NCBI RefSeq assembly: GCF_963921235.1
Contig: NC_086108.1
Coordinates: 92,196,001-92,260,000 of the forward strand
DNA from: Mobula hypostoma
Lineage: Eukaryota
Direction of reading: 5' to 3'
DNA: 64,000 nucleotides
Shown here: positions 1-13,149 of the stretch, piece after piece
Layout: every line of letters begins with the position of its first letter
Numbering within the stretch: position 1 is the first letter of the stretch
Made by a program: the position numbers and the translations under genes
The notes under the pieces: generated by a model
The model's input: only the letters and a program-made list of their open reading frames with translations
Database searches by the model: none
Told to the model about the DNA's origin: nothing

Positions 1-305
1 AAAAGGTCCCGTTTATTCCCACTCTTTGCTTCCTGTCTGCTAACCAATTCTCCACCCACACCAATACCTTACCCCCAATACCGTGTGCTTTAAGTTTGCA
101 CACTAATCTCCTGTGTGGGACCTTGTCAAAAGCCTTTTGAAAATCCAAATGTACCACATCCACTGGTTCTCCCCTATCCACTCTACTAGTTACATCCTCA
201 AAAAATTCTATGAGATTCGTCAGACATGATTTTCCTTTCACAAATCCATGCTGACTTTGTCCGATGATTTCACCACTTTCCAAATGTGCTGTTATCACAT
301 CTTTG
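1..305 (-). mobile_element. CR1 LINE, reverse-transcriptase fragment (continues off the left edge)
   Basis: Manual minus-strand translation gives SQHGFVKGKSCLTNLIEFFEDVTSRVDRGEPVDVVHLDFQKAFDKVPHRRL...WLADRKQRVGING, which are CR1 RT motifs. Confidence 0.92.
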
Positions 306-864
306 TTATCACTAGCTTGTTCTTAACCATGAGCACGGAGTGATCCTACTACCCAGGACTTTCAGCAGGAAAGAGCTCTCAGAGTGGGAAATTCCAAGAC
401 AGACAATAGCTCAGGGTGTGCCTTCCGTGGACATCATTCCCTACTGGGTGATCTGGAGTAACAGAGACAGTCAGTTCATGGCTACATACTCATTGTAGGG
501 AGTGGAAGTTGTGACAGGGCAAGGGTTAACAATGTCCAGACCAGGAAGGTTCTTTAAGAAAGCTCTTTGAAGAGCATAGCTTCCCTTTGCTCAGCTGGGG
601 GCAAGAGCCATTTGGCTTATTAAGCCAAGATAAGCACGTTATCAAAGATTATTGTTATCACACACCCCAACTCAGAGACAGTTGAGAAAGTTCAACACAT
701 CATCAGTTATTAGCTTGTAGTTTCTATTTATGTTTAAAACCTGCACAGAAAATGGTGATTGATCTTGCAAATAAGGATTTTGTGCTTACACAAGTTAGCT
801 AATTGGTCAATATCCATAACTGCTAGTCAATTCTGTATGGACGTGGCATTTCTTTGTTCAGAAG

Positions 865-1955
865 CAAGAGAAAATCTGCAGTTGCTGGAAATCCAAAAAC
901 ACACACAAAGTGCTGGAGGAACTCAGCAGGGCAGGCAGCATCTATGGAAAAGAGTGTAGTCAACGTTTTGGGCCGAGATCCTTCATCGGGACTGGAAAAA
1001 AAAGATGAGGAGTCAAAATTAGAGGATGGGGGGGTGGGGAAGAGGAGGAAGAAACACTAAAAAGGGGGGGGGAGTGGTGAAGTAAAGAGCTGGGAAGTTG
1101 ATTGGTGAAAGAGATACAGGTCTGGAGAAGGGGTATCTGACAGCAGAGGACAGAAGGCCATTGAAGAAAGAAAAGGGGGAAGGAACATTAGAGGGAGGCA
1201 ATGGGCAGGCAAGGAGATAAGGTGATAGAGGGGAAAGGGGGATGGGGATGGGGAATGGTGAAGTGGGGGTAGGGCATTACCAGAAGTTTGAGAAATTGAT
1301 GTTTATACCATCAGGTTAGAGGCTACCCAGATGGAATACAAGGTGCTGCTCCTCAAATCTGAGTGTGGCCTCATCATGACAGTAGAGGAGGCCATGGATA
1401 GACATATCGGAATGGGAAGTGGAATTAAAATGGGTGGCCACTGGGAGATCCCCCTTTTTCTGTGAGAAGAGCGTAAGTACTCAGCAAAGCAGTCTCCAAA
1501 TCTATGTCAGGTCTCACCAATATACAGGAGGCCACACCAGGAGCACCGGATACAGAAGATAATCCCAACAGACTCACAGGTGAAGTGTTGCCTCACCTGG
1601 AAGGACTGTTTAGGGCCCTGAATGGTAGTGAGGGAGGAGGCATCGGGGCAGGTGTAGCAGTTGTTCCTCTTACAAGGATAAGTGCCAGGAGGAAGATCAG
1701 TGAGGAGGGACAAATGGACAAGGGAATCCCCTGAGGAAAGCAGAAAGTTGGGGTCAGGGAAAGATGTGCTTGGCGGTGGGATCCCGTTGGCGATGGCAAA
1801 AGTTACGCAGAATTATATGCTGGACGCACAGGCTACTGAGGTGGTAGGTAAGGGCAAGAGAAGCCCTATTCCCGGTGGGGTGACAGGAAGATAGGGTGTC
1901 GGCAGACATGTGTGAAATGGAAGCGATGCAGCTGAGGGCAGCATTGATAGTGGTT
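865..1955 (-). mobile_element. Penelope-like retroelement, 5'-truncated (GIY-YIG endonuclease region plus terminal repeat)
   Basis: ORF 1507-1713 reads PGTYPCKRNNCYTCP...HFTCESVGIIFCIRCSWCGLLYIGET (Cys motif plus GIY-YIG). It is followed by a pyrimidine-rich 3' region and the terminal repeat with a decayed hammerhead at about 958-993. Confidence 0.9.
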
Positions 1956-3356
1956 CAGACTCCAGAACAGTGTGGTGACAGGGACCACACTGTTCTCTTT
2001 ATTCACAAGGAAATAAAGTGTGATTGAGGAACAAGTGCGTGTTTTCAGAGTCAAGTGAATCGGTGACAGCAAAAGTTTCTCAGTGATCGAAATGGGATTG
2101 AAGTTCACTTAAACTACCTGCACTTGCTCGCCACCTCATCTTAAATGACGATTTTAGCCTTCATGTTAGTGATTAACTGTACAGATCTACTGTTAAAGGT
2201 GACAGAAGTAAGGCTGCTTTCTCTACCCGCACAGTTGGGATCCTGGCCATGTAAAATGTCCAAGAGAACATGTACAGTGTTCATAAAAGGGAAATAATAT
2301 AACGATAACACAATATACAGTAAGAACACTACATTCTGGAATAGCTGCATTGTAAGCAGAGATGATTGCAAAGCCATATGAATTCACAGAAACGAGTGAG
2401 AAAAATTCCAATTCAATTTCCCGACATGTAATTCAGGTTTTCATTTGTCCACCTTCAATCAGTGGTTCAGAATGAACTGTACTGCTTCCATCTAAACCAG
2501 TCAATTGTTCTCAAACCTGCTTTTGGGGACCTTTCTGGTGAGGCATTTTGCAGTCAGGAGTGATCTAAATTGCTTTTGCCAGAGCGGACCAGAGCTAATT
2601 CAGAGAAAGGGACCTCAACCACCATGAAAAGTGTTCATCAATCATCGCACTGCTTCCCAGCTTCGAAAGCCAAAACGGTCAGGAAATCTATCAAGTGGAA
2701 AGCAAACTGGAAACGCATTTGGAAAGAGTAGTTGTGCAGAGGAAATATTAAATATGTCTTAATAGAAACTGGAAACCAAATTCAGAAGTGGAAAAGGAAG
2801 AAAAAAATTAAGTGGAATTTTGGCAAGTTTTAATACAGTATTTCCAACAATGAAGTTTTATTGTTCAGTTTCTCTGTAGGATATTTAAACTACTCTCTTT
2901 CCTGGTTTCATCAGTGACACATAAAATGAATACTGCACTGCAATACTCTGAAGGACTTACAATGTGGATTTTTTTTTTTTTAAAAAGATATCTGTCTATG
3001 GTAATTCACCCGTAATTCGTAACACTGCACGTATAAGTCAGCATCAACTCTGATACAAAGCTAGAGCTAATTCACATCCTTGATGAGTAAAGCACTGGTT
3101 AGCTATAATGTAAAAGAAATAAGAACACAGCTTTACTGTCCCAGCCTTTAGACTCTGCAGCACGGATTTATACTGTTGTCATATTTCAGAGGCATCTAGA
3201 GAACCAACACATTCAGCAGACCATGGTCATTCCTAAAAGAATGACTAATAGTGGAAGTATGCCCCTTTAATGGGAATCATCCCAAATTGTTTCCCACACC
3301 TCTTGAATTAAAATGAATGGAACCCCCAAGTAAAACAAAATGAAAAAGTTAATAGG

Positions 3357-4035
3357 CACAACACACACAAAATGCTGGAGGAACTCAGCAGGTCAGGCAG
3401 TGTCTACGGAAAAGAGCAATCAGTTGATATTTCAGGTCGAGACCCTCCTTCAGGACTGACAGGGAAGCGGGGGGGGGGGAAGATGCCTGAATTAAACGGT
3501 GGGAGGAGGGGAAAGAAACTGTCTGGAAGTGATAGGTGAAGCCAGGCGGGTTGGAGAGGTCAAGGGCTGGAGAAGAAAGTATCTGAGAGGAGAGGAGAGT
3601 GAACAATCGGAGAAATGGGAGGAGGAGAGGACCCGGGGGAAGTCGCAGGCAGGTGAGAAGCAAATGGTCAGGGTGGGGAATAAAGGAAGCTGGGGGGGGG
3701 TGGAAGTAGATTGACGAAGCAAAAGACTGAAGCGGAAGGGATCTGAGAGGCGAGTACCATGGAAGAAAGGAAAGGGGAGGAGCATCAGAGGGATGTGATG
3801 GGCAGCTGAGCAGAAGGGAAGAGGTTGAGGGTAACCAAAATAGCAAATAGAAAAAGTGAGAAGGAGGAAGGTGGGAGAATTAATGGAAATTGGAAAGCTT
3901 GATCAGGTTGGAGTTTACCCAGATGGAAATTGAGGTGTTGCTCCTCCAGCCTAAGTTTGACCTCATCATGGCAGTAGAGGTGGCCATTGGCCAACACGTT
4001 GGAATGGAAATGGGAAGTCAAATTGAAATGAATAG
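3357..4035 (-). mobile_element. Penelope-like element, 3' fragment
   Basis: ORF 3785-4039 (HLYCHDEVKLRLEEQHLNFHLGKLQPD) matches the GIY-YIG C-terminus; the same terminal repeat lies at 3357-3458. Confidence 0.85.
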
Positions 4036-4489
4036 ACATCAGGGATGCCTATTATTCTGACCTTAGCAGTGATGCCTATATCCTGAGAATTATAATAAAG
4101 TTCTCAATGTTCAGACTCCAACAACACCTCCTCGCAACTTCCCTCCAACATGCTCTCCATGCCAACACCAATCAGCTCATATCATCTTAGGGCTTCTGGT
4201 CCCAGAATTGACAGCAAGTCATAGGGAGGATTTAGCAGCAACTCAGATCTGGTCAGATTTCTGCTTGGAAGTCATACCAACAGTAATCCTTCCCCCAGAA
4301 CATCCCTGAAGGCTCCTATCAATATTGTAAATTTTTTTAATACACAGACGTTTAAATTCTTAACGTTGCTTTAAATGATTAAAAGATCAATAATATATTC
4401 TTATAAGAAAAAGGATTAAAGCTCCTTAAAGACTAAACTAAAATTGTAATTATAATGAAAAGTAAAGCTGATAGGATAGATTGAAAGAG

Positions 4490-4880
4490 CCAGGGCTTTT
4501 CCATTTGGAGCGAAAGAGGAGGGGTGACGACTTGATAGAGGTGTACAAGATGATAAGAAGCATAGATCGAGTGGATAGCCAGAGGCTTTTCCCAAGGGCA
4601 GAAATGGCTAAAACAAGGGGGCATAATTTAAAAGTGATTGGTGGAAAGTGTAGGGGGTTTTCAGAGGTACACAGAGAGTGGTGGGTGTATAGGATGCCCT
4701 GTCAGGGGGCAATGGTAAAGGCAGATACATTAGGGACATTTTGGAAACTCTTCAACAAGCATACTGTTGATAGAAAAATGGGACGTTATGTAGGAAGGAA
4801 GTAGATTAAATTTAGAGTAGGTTAGAATGTGGGTACAGCATCATGGGCCAAAGGGCCTTTATTGTTTTATGTTCAATGTT
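4490..4880 (+). mobile_element. CR1 LINE 3' end
   Basis: ORF 4481-4804 contains RRGDDLIEVYKMIRSIDRVDSQRLFPRAEMAKTRGHNLK, then a CR1-type tail. Confidence 0.85.
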
Positions 4881-5209
4881 CAAAAATAGAGCACAAGTAA
4901 TTGAGCTCACCCTCTCCGAGCATTGAAATCAGGCATTCCAGTTCACCTTAAAGAGGATTCCATTCCTACAGCCACAGCTACTCCTGAATCCCAGCAAAAC
5001 CACATGGAAAATGCAAGTCAGCTCATCCCAGGCTTACCGCAGGGCTGCTTTGATCCAGGAGCCACAAATAATTTGCTGAGGAAGTCAGCAGGTTAATCAG
5101 TGTCTGTGAGAGGAAAGGAAGTGTCGATGTTACAGATCGAAACCCTGCATCAAGACTGATCCTGGCATTGGCAGTTTCTTGTGTCTGCTTTGGTCCAGGC
5201 TGCACTTAC

Positions 5210-5272
5210 GAGGGAGCAGCTGAATGCAGGCAATTCCCTTTGTAAGTGCTGATCACAGCCAGTTCAGCCAGC
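5210..5272 (-). other. Candidate 63-nt spliced exon
   Basis: Acceptor ttttccttctgtttctcctcactattag| and donor |gtaagt; the exon itself is non-repetitive. Confidence 0.45.
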
Positions 5273-5319
5273 CTAATAGTGAGGAGAAACAGAAGGAAAA
5301 GCCATTTACAAAGACCATC

Positions 5320-5450
5320 AACACAAGAGTTTGTGCAGATGCTAGAAATCCAGAGTAACACACACAAAATGCTGAAGGAACTCAGCAGGTCAGACAGCAT
5401 CTAAGGAGAGGAATCAGCAGTCGACATTTCAAGATCCTTCATCGAATCTC
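5320..5450 (-). repeat. Solo Penelope terminal repeat (a second decayed copy lies at about 5070-5160)
   Basis: acacacaaaatgctgaaggaactcagcaggtcagacagcatct motif shared with 865-995. Confidence 0.75.
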
Positions 5451-5949
5451 AGACCCACAAATCACTTGAGCTAATCTTCAGTATTCCTTTTCCCTCAGTA
5501 TTACTTTTCCATTTGCAGATTTTACTTTCCTTTTGCAGGCATTTACTCCGAGCAAATCAAAACAAAATAATACTTAGACCATATTTTGTTGTCACCACAT
5601 AGAGCAAAGAGAAACAGACAGCAGCACAAAAATAAACCTACGAAAACAGATTTATGCTGGCATTGATTGTGGTTGTGTTCTCATGTCAAAGTGTAAAATT
5701 TATCAGTTGCTGCTTCAGTTAATTTCCCACTCAGAATCTGCAATAATCAACGTTCCCCATAAGGTGTGCATGCACAAAGGAATTTGAACTGCGCACAAAA
5801 GGTTGTCACCCTCTACCTTGTTGGCATGTTAAGTACATTTTACAATCATACACAATCAGATTCCCTTTTCTGGTTTCTGATGAGGACTGTGTTGACAACG
5901 TGGAATTTGTCTGCAGGTTTTAAAATTGGCTTATTTATACTGTTTATAT

Positions 5950-6525
5950 TGAACAACCTCTTACTCAATGTCAGCAAGACTAAGGAGCTGATTATTGGCT
6001 TCAGGGGGAATAAAGTAGAGGTCCATGTGCCAGTCCTCATTAGGGGATCAGATGTGGAGAGGATGGGCACCTTCAAATTTCTCAGTGTTATTATTTCAGA
6101 ATACCCATCCTGGGCCCAGCACCCAAGTACAAATACAAAGAGTGCACGGGACTGCCTCTACTTCCTTAGAAATCTGTGAAGATTCAGTATGACATCTGAA
6201 CTTTGACAAACTTCGATCGATGTAGGGTTGAGAGTATATCCACTGGCTGCATCACAGCCTGGTGTGGAAAGACCAATGTGCTTGAACAGAAAATCCTACA
6301 AAAGGTAATGAATATAGCCCAGTCCATCACAAGGGAAGCCCTGCCTTCTGTTGAGCACATTTACAGAGCGTTGTTGCAGGAAAGCAGCATCCATCATCAG
6401 GGACCCCCACCACCCAGGACATGGTCTCTTCTCACTGCTGTCATCAGGAAGGTACAGAAGCTTCAGGACTCACACCACCAGGTTCAGGGACAGTTATTAC
6501 CCCTCAGCCATCAGGCTCTTGAAGC
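5950..6525 (+). mobile_element. Rex1/Babar-type LINE 3' fragment
   Basis: LNVSKTKELIIGFR, LYFLRNL, and HPGHGLFSLLSSGRYRSFRTHTTRFRDSYYPSAIRLL spread over frameshifted ORFs. Confidence 0.85.
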
Positions 6526-8174
6526 AGAGGAGTTCTCCAATATCCTTTCGGTTATACTTCAGCAATGATGCAATGGTTTTATACCCACCATAACCGAGAC
6601 CAGTTTGTTTAACTCGTGAAGTTTATTTACTTAGCCAAATTTAAGTTCCCTACTGAGAAAGCATACAAAACATCCAGGCATTTAGACCCTGCTACAGCAA
6701 AAAAAATTTACTACAGCCTTGCTGTACAGTGCTCTGTCTTATTAGACACGGCAATAACTAAACAAGCTAGACTAACTAATGCTGATAGAACAGACTGATA
6801 TTTTTACACATGCAGTTTATCTTCATCTTTTAAAATCAATGCTTTTTATCCATAATGTAATTCCAGCTGCAATCCCTCCAGATGTAAGTGAGAAGTTTAC
6901 CATATGGCTTAGAATCCTGCCTAAAGCAGACAGATACATCTTTTCTCATCTCTCAGTTATATTATCCTGATCAATTTTAAAGATATGCTGAAGTCTCTGC
7001 TTCAAGGCATATTCAACACTGTGTGGGTGGATTCACCATCTTCCCTCGACATTGCATTCCCTGTCTGTGTTTAAACCGATCCTCTAACAAACTTGTGGCA
7101 TTGGATTTTCAAAGCATAAATCATCCCCACATATGGTGAAAATCAGTTTAAGCAATTAAGATGCTGTTTCAGTTGCAATTTATTTAAGTAACTTGCTTAG
7201 TAGCAATATCAGTATAAATAGTCTGAAAGCAGTAAATGGAATAATGTTCATCTGGTAACATCTATTTCTCTCAGACATCCCACATTGCAGGTGCTGTTCC
7301 TTGAGGACAGGTGAGAGAGGCAACTTGTTCTACCAATAGGCTATCTGGCCCTTTGTGCTTATCCTCCTGTAGAAGGACCTTGAGTGAGAAAAAATTAATA
7401 ACTTTCACCCTGCTTCTACTTCAACCACAGTCACAAACTGTACATAGGCTTGTCAAGAAACTGGATTCTGATATAAATGTCCATGGATTCTTTTGCCATA
7501 ACTTTAGAGTTTTCTCATATCATCTTACGACAGTGAAGGAAGCATTTGGTGCATTGATTCTCTGCAGCTCTTAAAATAACCCCATTGTTCCCATCTCCCT
7601 ACTGTGATGTTTTCTTTGACATGCTCGTCAACTCCATCCATTGCACCCCCCCCATTGAAAAAAAATCATAACCTGACTATTAATCCTTGCCAGTGTTACA
7701 AATAAGAACAGAAAATCCTTGGAAACTCTCCATAGGCCAGAAAATATCTGGGGAGAGGGTCGATACTTCAAGCTGCTGGCCTATCGACAGCACAGAGACT
7801 CTGTTACGAGTGTTACAATATTTGATCAGTTCTTTCCCCAAGTTATTGACTTAAGAGAAATAAACAAGCTACATGATTCAGCTCAATCATAACACCAACA
7901 TGAGGTTCACCGAATGCATAGGAAAAGGGGTCTTCAAAAGTAGGGATACAGACACAAGAGAGAACAGAGGCTGCAAAGCTGGATCAATACACAGAGAAAA
8001 TGCTGCAACATCTACATTATGTTCCAGTATTCATGGAAAGTTTGGAAACTTCAAGTTCGAATTGGATGTAAGCAACTGGTGCGGTGAGAGTTAGATTGCT
8101 CTATCATTTGTTACTAATCAATGTTCAATATTGTTGTTGTTCAGTTCTGGCAGCAACCTTGCTGTTTATTTAAC

Positions 8175-8640
8175 AAACAAGAAAAAAAGCTGCAGATGCT
8201 GGAAATTCGAGCAACACACACAAAATACTGGAGGAACTCCACAGGCCAAGCAAAGTCTATGGAAAGAAGTACGGTCGACGTTTCAGGCCGAGACCCTTCG
8301 GCCGGTCTAGAGAAAAATATATGGGGGAGGGGGAGAGAGAAACACAGGGTGATAGGTGAAACCGGGAGGGAGAAAGGTGAAGTAAAGAGCTGGGAAGTTG
8401 ATTGGTGAAAGAGATACAAGACTAAAGAAGGGGGGAGTCTTACAGAAGAGGATAGAAGGCCATGGAAGAAAGAAGAGGAGGGAGGAGCACCAGAGAGGAG
8501 TGATGGGCAGGGAAGGAGATAAGGTGAAAGAAGGAATAGAGGATGGGGTATGATGAAGTGGGGGATGGGGGGGGGGGGATTACCAGAAGTTCAAGAAATC
8601 GATGTTCATACCATTACAGTAATTTGGAGGCTACCGAAAC
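8175..8640 (-). mobile_element. Penelope-like element, 3' fragment
   Basis: Collinear with 865-1330; includes the terminal repeat with an intact GAAACGTC half of the hammerhead core. Confidence 0.85.
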
Positions 8641-8795
8641 GGAATGTAACATTGACTGTTTGTTTTTTTTTGAGGCCAAGTTGCTAGTTCGATGCTCAAC
8701 ACAGCACAGATGGAAAGCATGTAATAAGCCAGCTGAGAGCACTTGCCTCAGAGCCCATGTATTTCCACATAAGTAATTCCAGCAACTAAAATATA

Positions 8796-10417
8796 CAGTG
8801 CCTCCCCCCACTTGGAAGTTTTCATGCTTTATTGTTTCACAACATTGAATCACAGTGGATTAAAATTGGCTTTTCTGATACTGATCAACAGAAAAGACTC
8901 TTTCATGTCAAAGTGAAAACAAATTTCTACAAATTGGTCTAAATTTATTACAATTATTAATCACAAAATAATTGAATGCATAATTACTCACCCCTTTCAA
9001 ATCAGTATTTAGTTGATGCATCTTTGGCAGCAATTACATCCTTGAGTCTGCGTGGATAGGTCTCTATCAGATTTGCACATTTGACCTGCAATTTTTCCCC
9101 ATTCTTCTTTACAAAATTGTTCAACCTCTGTCAGATTGCAAGGGGATTGTGAATGAACAGCCCTTTTCAAGTCCAGCCACAAATTCTCAACTCTATTGAA
9201 GTCTGGACTCTAACTTGGCCACTCCTGGACAATAATTTTGTTCCTTTTAAGCCATTCCTGTGTAGATTTAGCTTTATACTTGGGGTCATGTCTTGCTGGA
9301 AGACAAACCTTCTCCAAGTCACAGTTCTCTTACAGATTGCATCAGGTTTTCCTACAGGATTTCCCTATATTTTGCTGCATTCATTTTACCCTCTACCTTC
9401 TAAGCCTTCTAGGGCCTGGTGCAGTGAAGCATCCTCACAGCATGATGCAGCCATCACCATTCGTCATGATAGGGACAGTGCGTTTTTGATGATGTACAGT
9501 GTTTGGCTTACGGCAAACATAGCATTTATTCTGATGACAAAAAAAGCTCAATTTTGGTTTCATCAGACCATAGAACCTTCTTCCAGCTGACTTCAGAATC
9601 TCCTACATGTCTTCCGGCAAACCCTAGCCAAGATTTTATGTGAGTGCTTTTCACAGTGGCTTTCTCTTTGCCACTCTCACATAAACCTGTGACTGGTGAA
9701 GCACCTGGGCAACAGTTGTTGTATGCACAGTCTCTCCTATCTCATCCGCTGAATCTTGTAACTCCTCCAGAGTTGTCATAGATCTCTTGATGGCCTCCCT
9801 CACTCATCCCCTTCTTGCATGGTCACTCAGCTTTTGAGGACAGCCTGCTTTAGACAGATTTACATCTGTGCCATATTCTTTCCATTTCTTGATAATTGAC
9901 TTAACTGTACTCCAAGGGATATTCAGTGACTTAGAAATTTTCTTGTATCCATCTCCTGACTTGTGCTTTTCAATAACCTTTCCACAGAGTTGCCCGGAGT
10001 GTTCATTTGCTTGGTGTAGGTTTTGCCAGGATACTGACTCACCTGCAGTTGGACCTTCCAGATACAGGTGTGTTTTTACTACAATCAATTGAAACACCTT
10101 GACTGCACACAGGTGTATATATAGCTAGGACACTTTAACTAATTGTATGACTTTTAAAACCAATTGGCTGCACCAGTGATGACTTGGTGTGTCATTCTAA
10201 AGCGGGTGAATACTTACACAATCAATTATTTTGTGTTTTATATTTGTAATTAATTTAGACCACTTTGCAGAGATCTGTTTTCATTTTGACAAAAAGAGTA
10301 TTTTCTGTTGATTCAGTGTCAAAAAAGCCAAATTAAATCCAATGTGATTCAATATTATAAAACAATAAAACATGAAAACTTCTGGGGGGGGGGAGTGAAT
10401 ACTTTTTATAGGCACTG
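8796..10417 (-). mobile_element. Near full-length decayed Tc1-like DNA transposon (about 1.6 kb)
   Basis: TA-CAGTGCCT...AGGCACTG-TA ends with roughly 200-bp imperfect TIRs. Transposase HTH remnant KHKSGDGYKKISKSLNIPWSTVKSIIKKWKEYG in ORF 9804-10097; downstream frames are broken. Confidence 0.92.
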
Positions 10418-10425
10418 TATGTATA

Positions 10426-10791
10426 TAATACTGTGCAAAAGTCTTAGGAATATGTAAAAAAATTATGTAAAGTGAAGATGCTTTCAAAAATAATGAAACA
10501 AAAAGTTTCTAAATATCAAAAAAAATTAAAATTAAATGCAGTAATCAAAACTGAATCAAATCTGTTAGGTACACAGTCGTGCAATTTTATAAGGAAGTCG
10601 GCTGGTAGTTTGTTCCAGGCATCTTGGAGAACTTGCTACAGTTCTTCTGCAGACTTTGGCTGTGTCGCTTGCTCTGTCTCTCCAAGTAATCGCAGACAGC
10701 CTCAATGATGTTGAGATCAGGGCTCTGTGGAGGCCGTACCATCTGAAACCATGTAAAAATCTAGGGTGCCTAAGACTTTTGCATGGTACTG
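10426..10791. mobile_element. Non-autonomous Tc1-derived element (MITE-like)
   Basis: TIRs tactgtgcaaaagtcttagg / cctaagacttttgcatggtactg; short transposase-like interior. Confidence 0.75.
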
Positions 10792-11164
10792 CATATCCAT
10801 TTCTGAAAATGTACTTAGATAAGAGAACATGTGAAGATATTGTGGAGTTGGGAGAAGTTGGAGCTCAGATAAGAAAACAGTCTAATTTGCAGAGAGTGAA
10901 AATTCAAGAGCAAGGATGGTGGAGAAGAAAACAAAATTATAAGCAGAAATTGGGAATTTCAGAGCTCATGCACAACTAAAAGCAAATGATAAGAGAAAGA
11001 TATTAGCAACAGTTTGTGTCAAAGGAAATAACTTACAAGAACTCAGGAATGATCGGGTTAAAGATCAGGGAAAGTTTGTACAACCAGAAAGAAGAAACTC
11101 AAAGCTGTCTAGTTAAACTGAGTTTTAACCGAAAATTATTAAAAAATCAAGCCAGCCAACGCTA

Positions 11165-11495
11165 AGTAAGGGTAAATGCAAGCAGGCATTTCCCACTGAG
11201 GTGGGGTGAGACTAGAACTAAAATCATGGGTTAAGGGTGAAAGGCAAAATATTTGAGAGGAACAGGAGGGAGAACCTCTTCACTCAGAGGGTGGAGCGAG
11301 TGCAAAATGACCTGCCCACGGAAGTGGTGGATGCAGGTCCAATTGCAACATTTAGGAGATGTTTGGATGGTTTGTGGACGAGAAGGGTATGGAGGGCCAT
11401 GGTCCATGTGCAAGTCAATGGAGCTAGGCATAATAACAGTCATAGTCAAGACGGGCCAGAAGGCCAGTTTCTGTGCTGTAGAGCTCTATGACTCT
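11165..11495 (+). mobile_element. CR1 LINE 3' end
   Basis: KGKIFERNRRENLFTQRVERVQNDLPTEVVDAG followed by a ctctatgactcta tail. Confidence 0.8.
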
Positions 11496-11825
11496 AAGCA
11501 GGTGGACGATCAACACAAAACTGTCTCTGCTTCTGAACTAGTTTGGAAACACAGATGCATATCCTGCTGCTTATTAATTACTGGTTGTAAAAATAATTTG
11601 CACAGCTAAACTATGAAGTAATTTAAGTCATCAACAAACCACCGTGTGGATTGATGGAATTTGAGATGCATGTCCAATCAACTGGATAGTAATATGAAAA
11701 CATATGACGTTTGCTGCGTACAAAACGAAGGAAAGAGTGATAAGATTACAAAACAGTGGAAACTATCACATGACTGTAAAGAATTGTAATAATCATTGCC
11801 ATCTAATAGTGACAGGTTAACCTTT

Positions 11826-12127
11826 GGACGTGGCCAAGTGGTTAAGGCGTTCATCTAGTGATCTGAAGGTCGCTAGTTCGAGCCTTGGCTGAGGCAGCGT
11901 GTGTGTCCTTGAGCAAGGCACTTAACCACACATTGCTCTGCAACGACACCAGTGCCAAGCTGTATGGGTCCTAATGCCCTTCCCTTGGACAACATCGGTG
12001 GCGTGGAGAGGGGAGACTTACAGTATGGGAAACTGCTGGTCTTCCATACAACCTTGCCCAGGGCTGCTCCTTGGAAACCTTCCAAGGCGCAAATCCATGG
12101 TCTCATGAGACTAATGGATGCCTATAA
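11826..12127 (+). mobile_element. tRNA-derived SINE with CORE-like middle and RTE-type body and tail
   Basis: A box TGGCCAAGTGG (11831-11841), B box GTTCGAGCC (11876-11884), then gtgtccttgagcaaggcacttaacc. The 3' half matches the reverse complement of 37771-37970. Confidence 0.85.
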
Positions 12128-12369
12128 AGAATCTTTGGAGAGATTATAACATAGTTATTAATTGGTTCTAATTAGTTCCAGTAAATAGTCTCTGGCCTGA
12201 AGTATTATCACAATTCTCTCCCCACGGATGCTGCCTTGCGTGCTGAATATTTCCAACATTTTCAGTTTCATTTCCAGCATCTGTAATATTTTTCTCTTGG
12301 ATTCTGAATATAGTTGATTGGTTATAAATGCAAGACACTAGAGCACAGAGAAATAGAGAAAAAAAGCTT

Positions 12370-12590
12370 ACAGAGCATAACACTATTACAGTGGCAGTGA
12401 ACCAGGTTCAATTTTGGCGATGTCTGTAAGGAGTTTGTACATTTTCCTCATGACTGTAGGTTTCCTCTGGGTGCTCCAGTTCCTCCCATCTTCCAAAGAC
12501 TGTAGGTTAGTAGGTTAACCGGTCACATGGGTGTAATTGGGTGGCGTGAGTTCACTGGGCCTGAAGAGCCTGTTACTGTGCTGTATCTCT
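12370..12590 (+). mobile_element. HE1/V-SINE-like tRNA SINE
   Basis: Core tgtctgtaaggagtttgtac...gggtgctccagttcctccca...ccaaagac recurs across the window. Confidence 0.75.
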
Positions 12591-13149
12591 ATATAGGATT
12601 TTTCACTACATCAGCCATCTTAAAATACTTCAGATTTACTCATCACCCATCAGGTAAAATAATGAGGAAGCCAATATGCATTTAACAACCTCAACATCAT
12701 CAGCAACGTGATCATCTATAAAACTAGTTTTATAGTGATAATTGACTGAAAGAGAGAGATTGACTGGAAATTTCATTCTCAGCAGTCCAAAAACATAAAC
12801 TGGAAGTTATGTTAAAAATATGCAGAGCAAGAAATATATCAACAAATATTTCCATAATTATAGCAAAATTAATTGTTGGCTCATGAAAGGCACAGCTTAG
12901 ATCAAGTGTTCTAGATCTATGCCCATGGCGATAGAATTTGTTGGAAAAGGTTAAAATTTTGTCCCCATTGTTCAGTTGGGCCTTAGATATAAACCAGGTG
13001 AGAAGGATTTCATTTCCATGCTTCACCAATGAAGGAAATGATTCGTCCAACATTTCCAGTTCGGAATAGATCATGCAACTTCCCGAAGTAGATCAGATTA
13101 CTAACCCCCAAAGGGAGACTGCTGACATTTCCCAAGCAATATACACACA

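Noticed and set aside
11826..11890. tRNA gene
   Set aside because: A and B boxes continue into a SINE body; no complete cloverleaf or terminator was seen.
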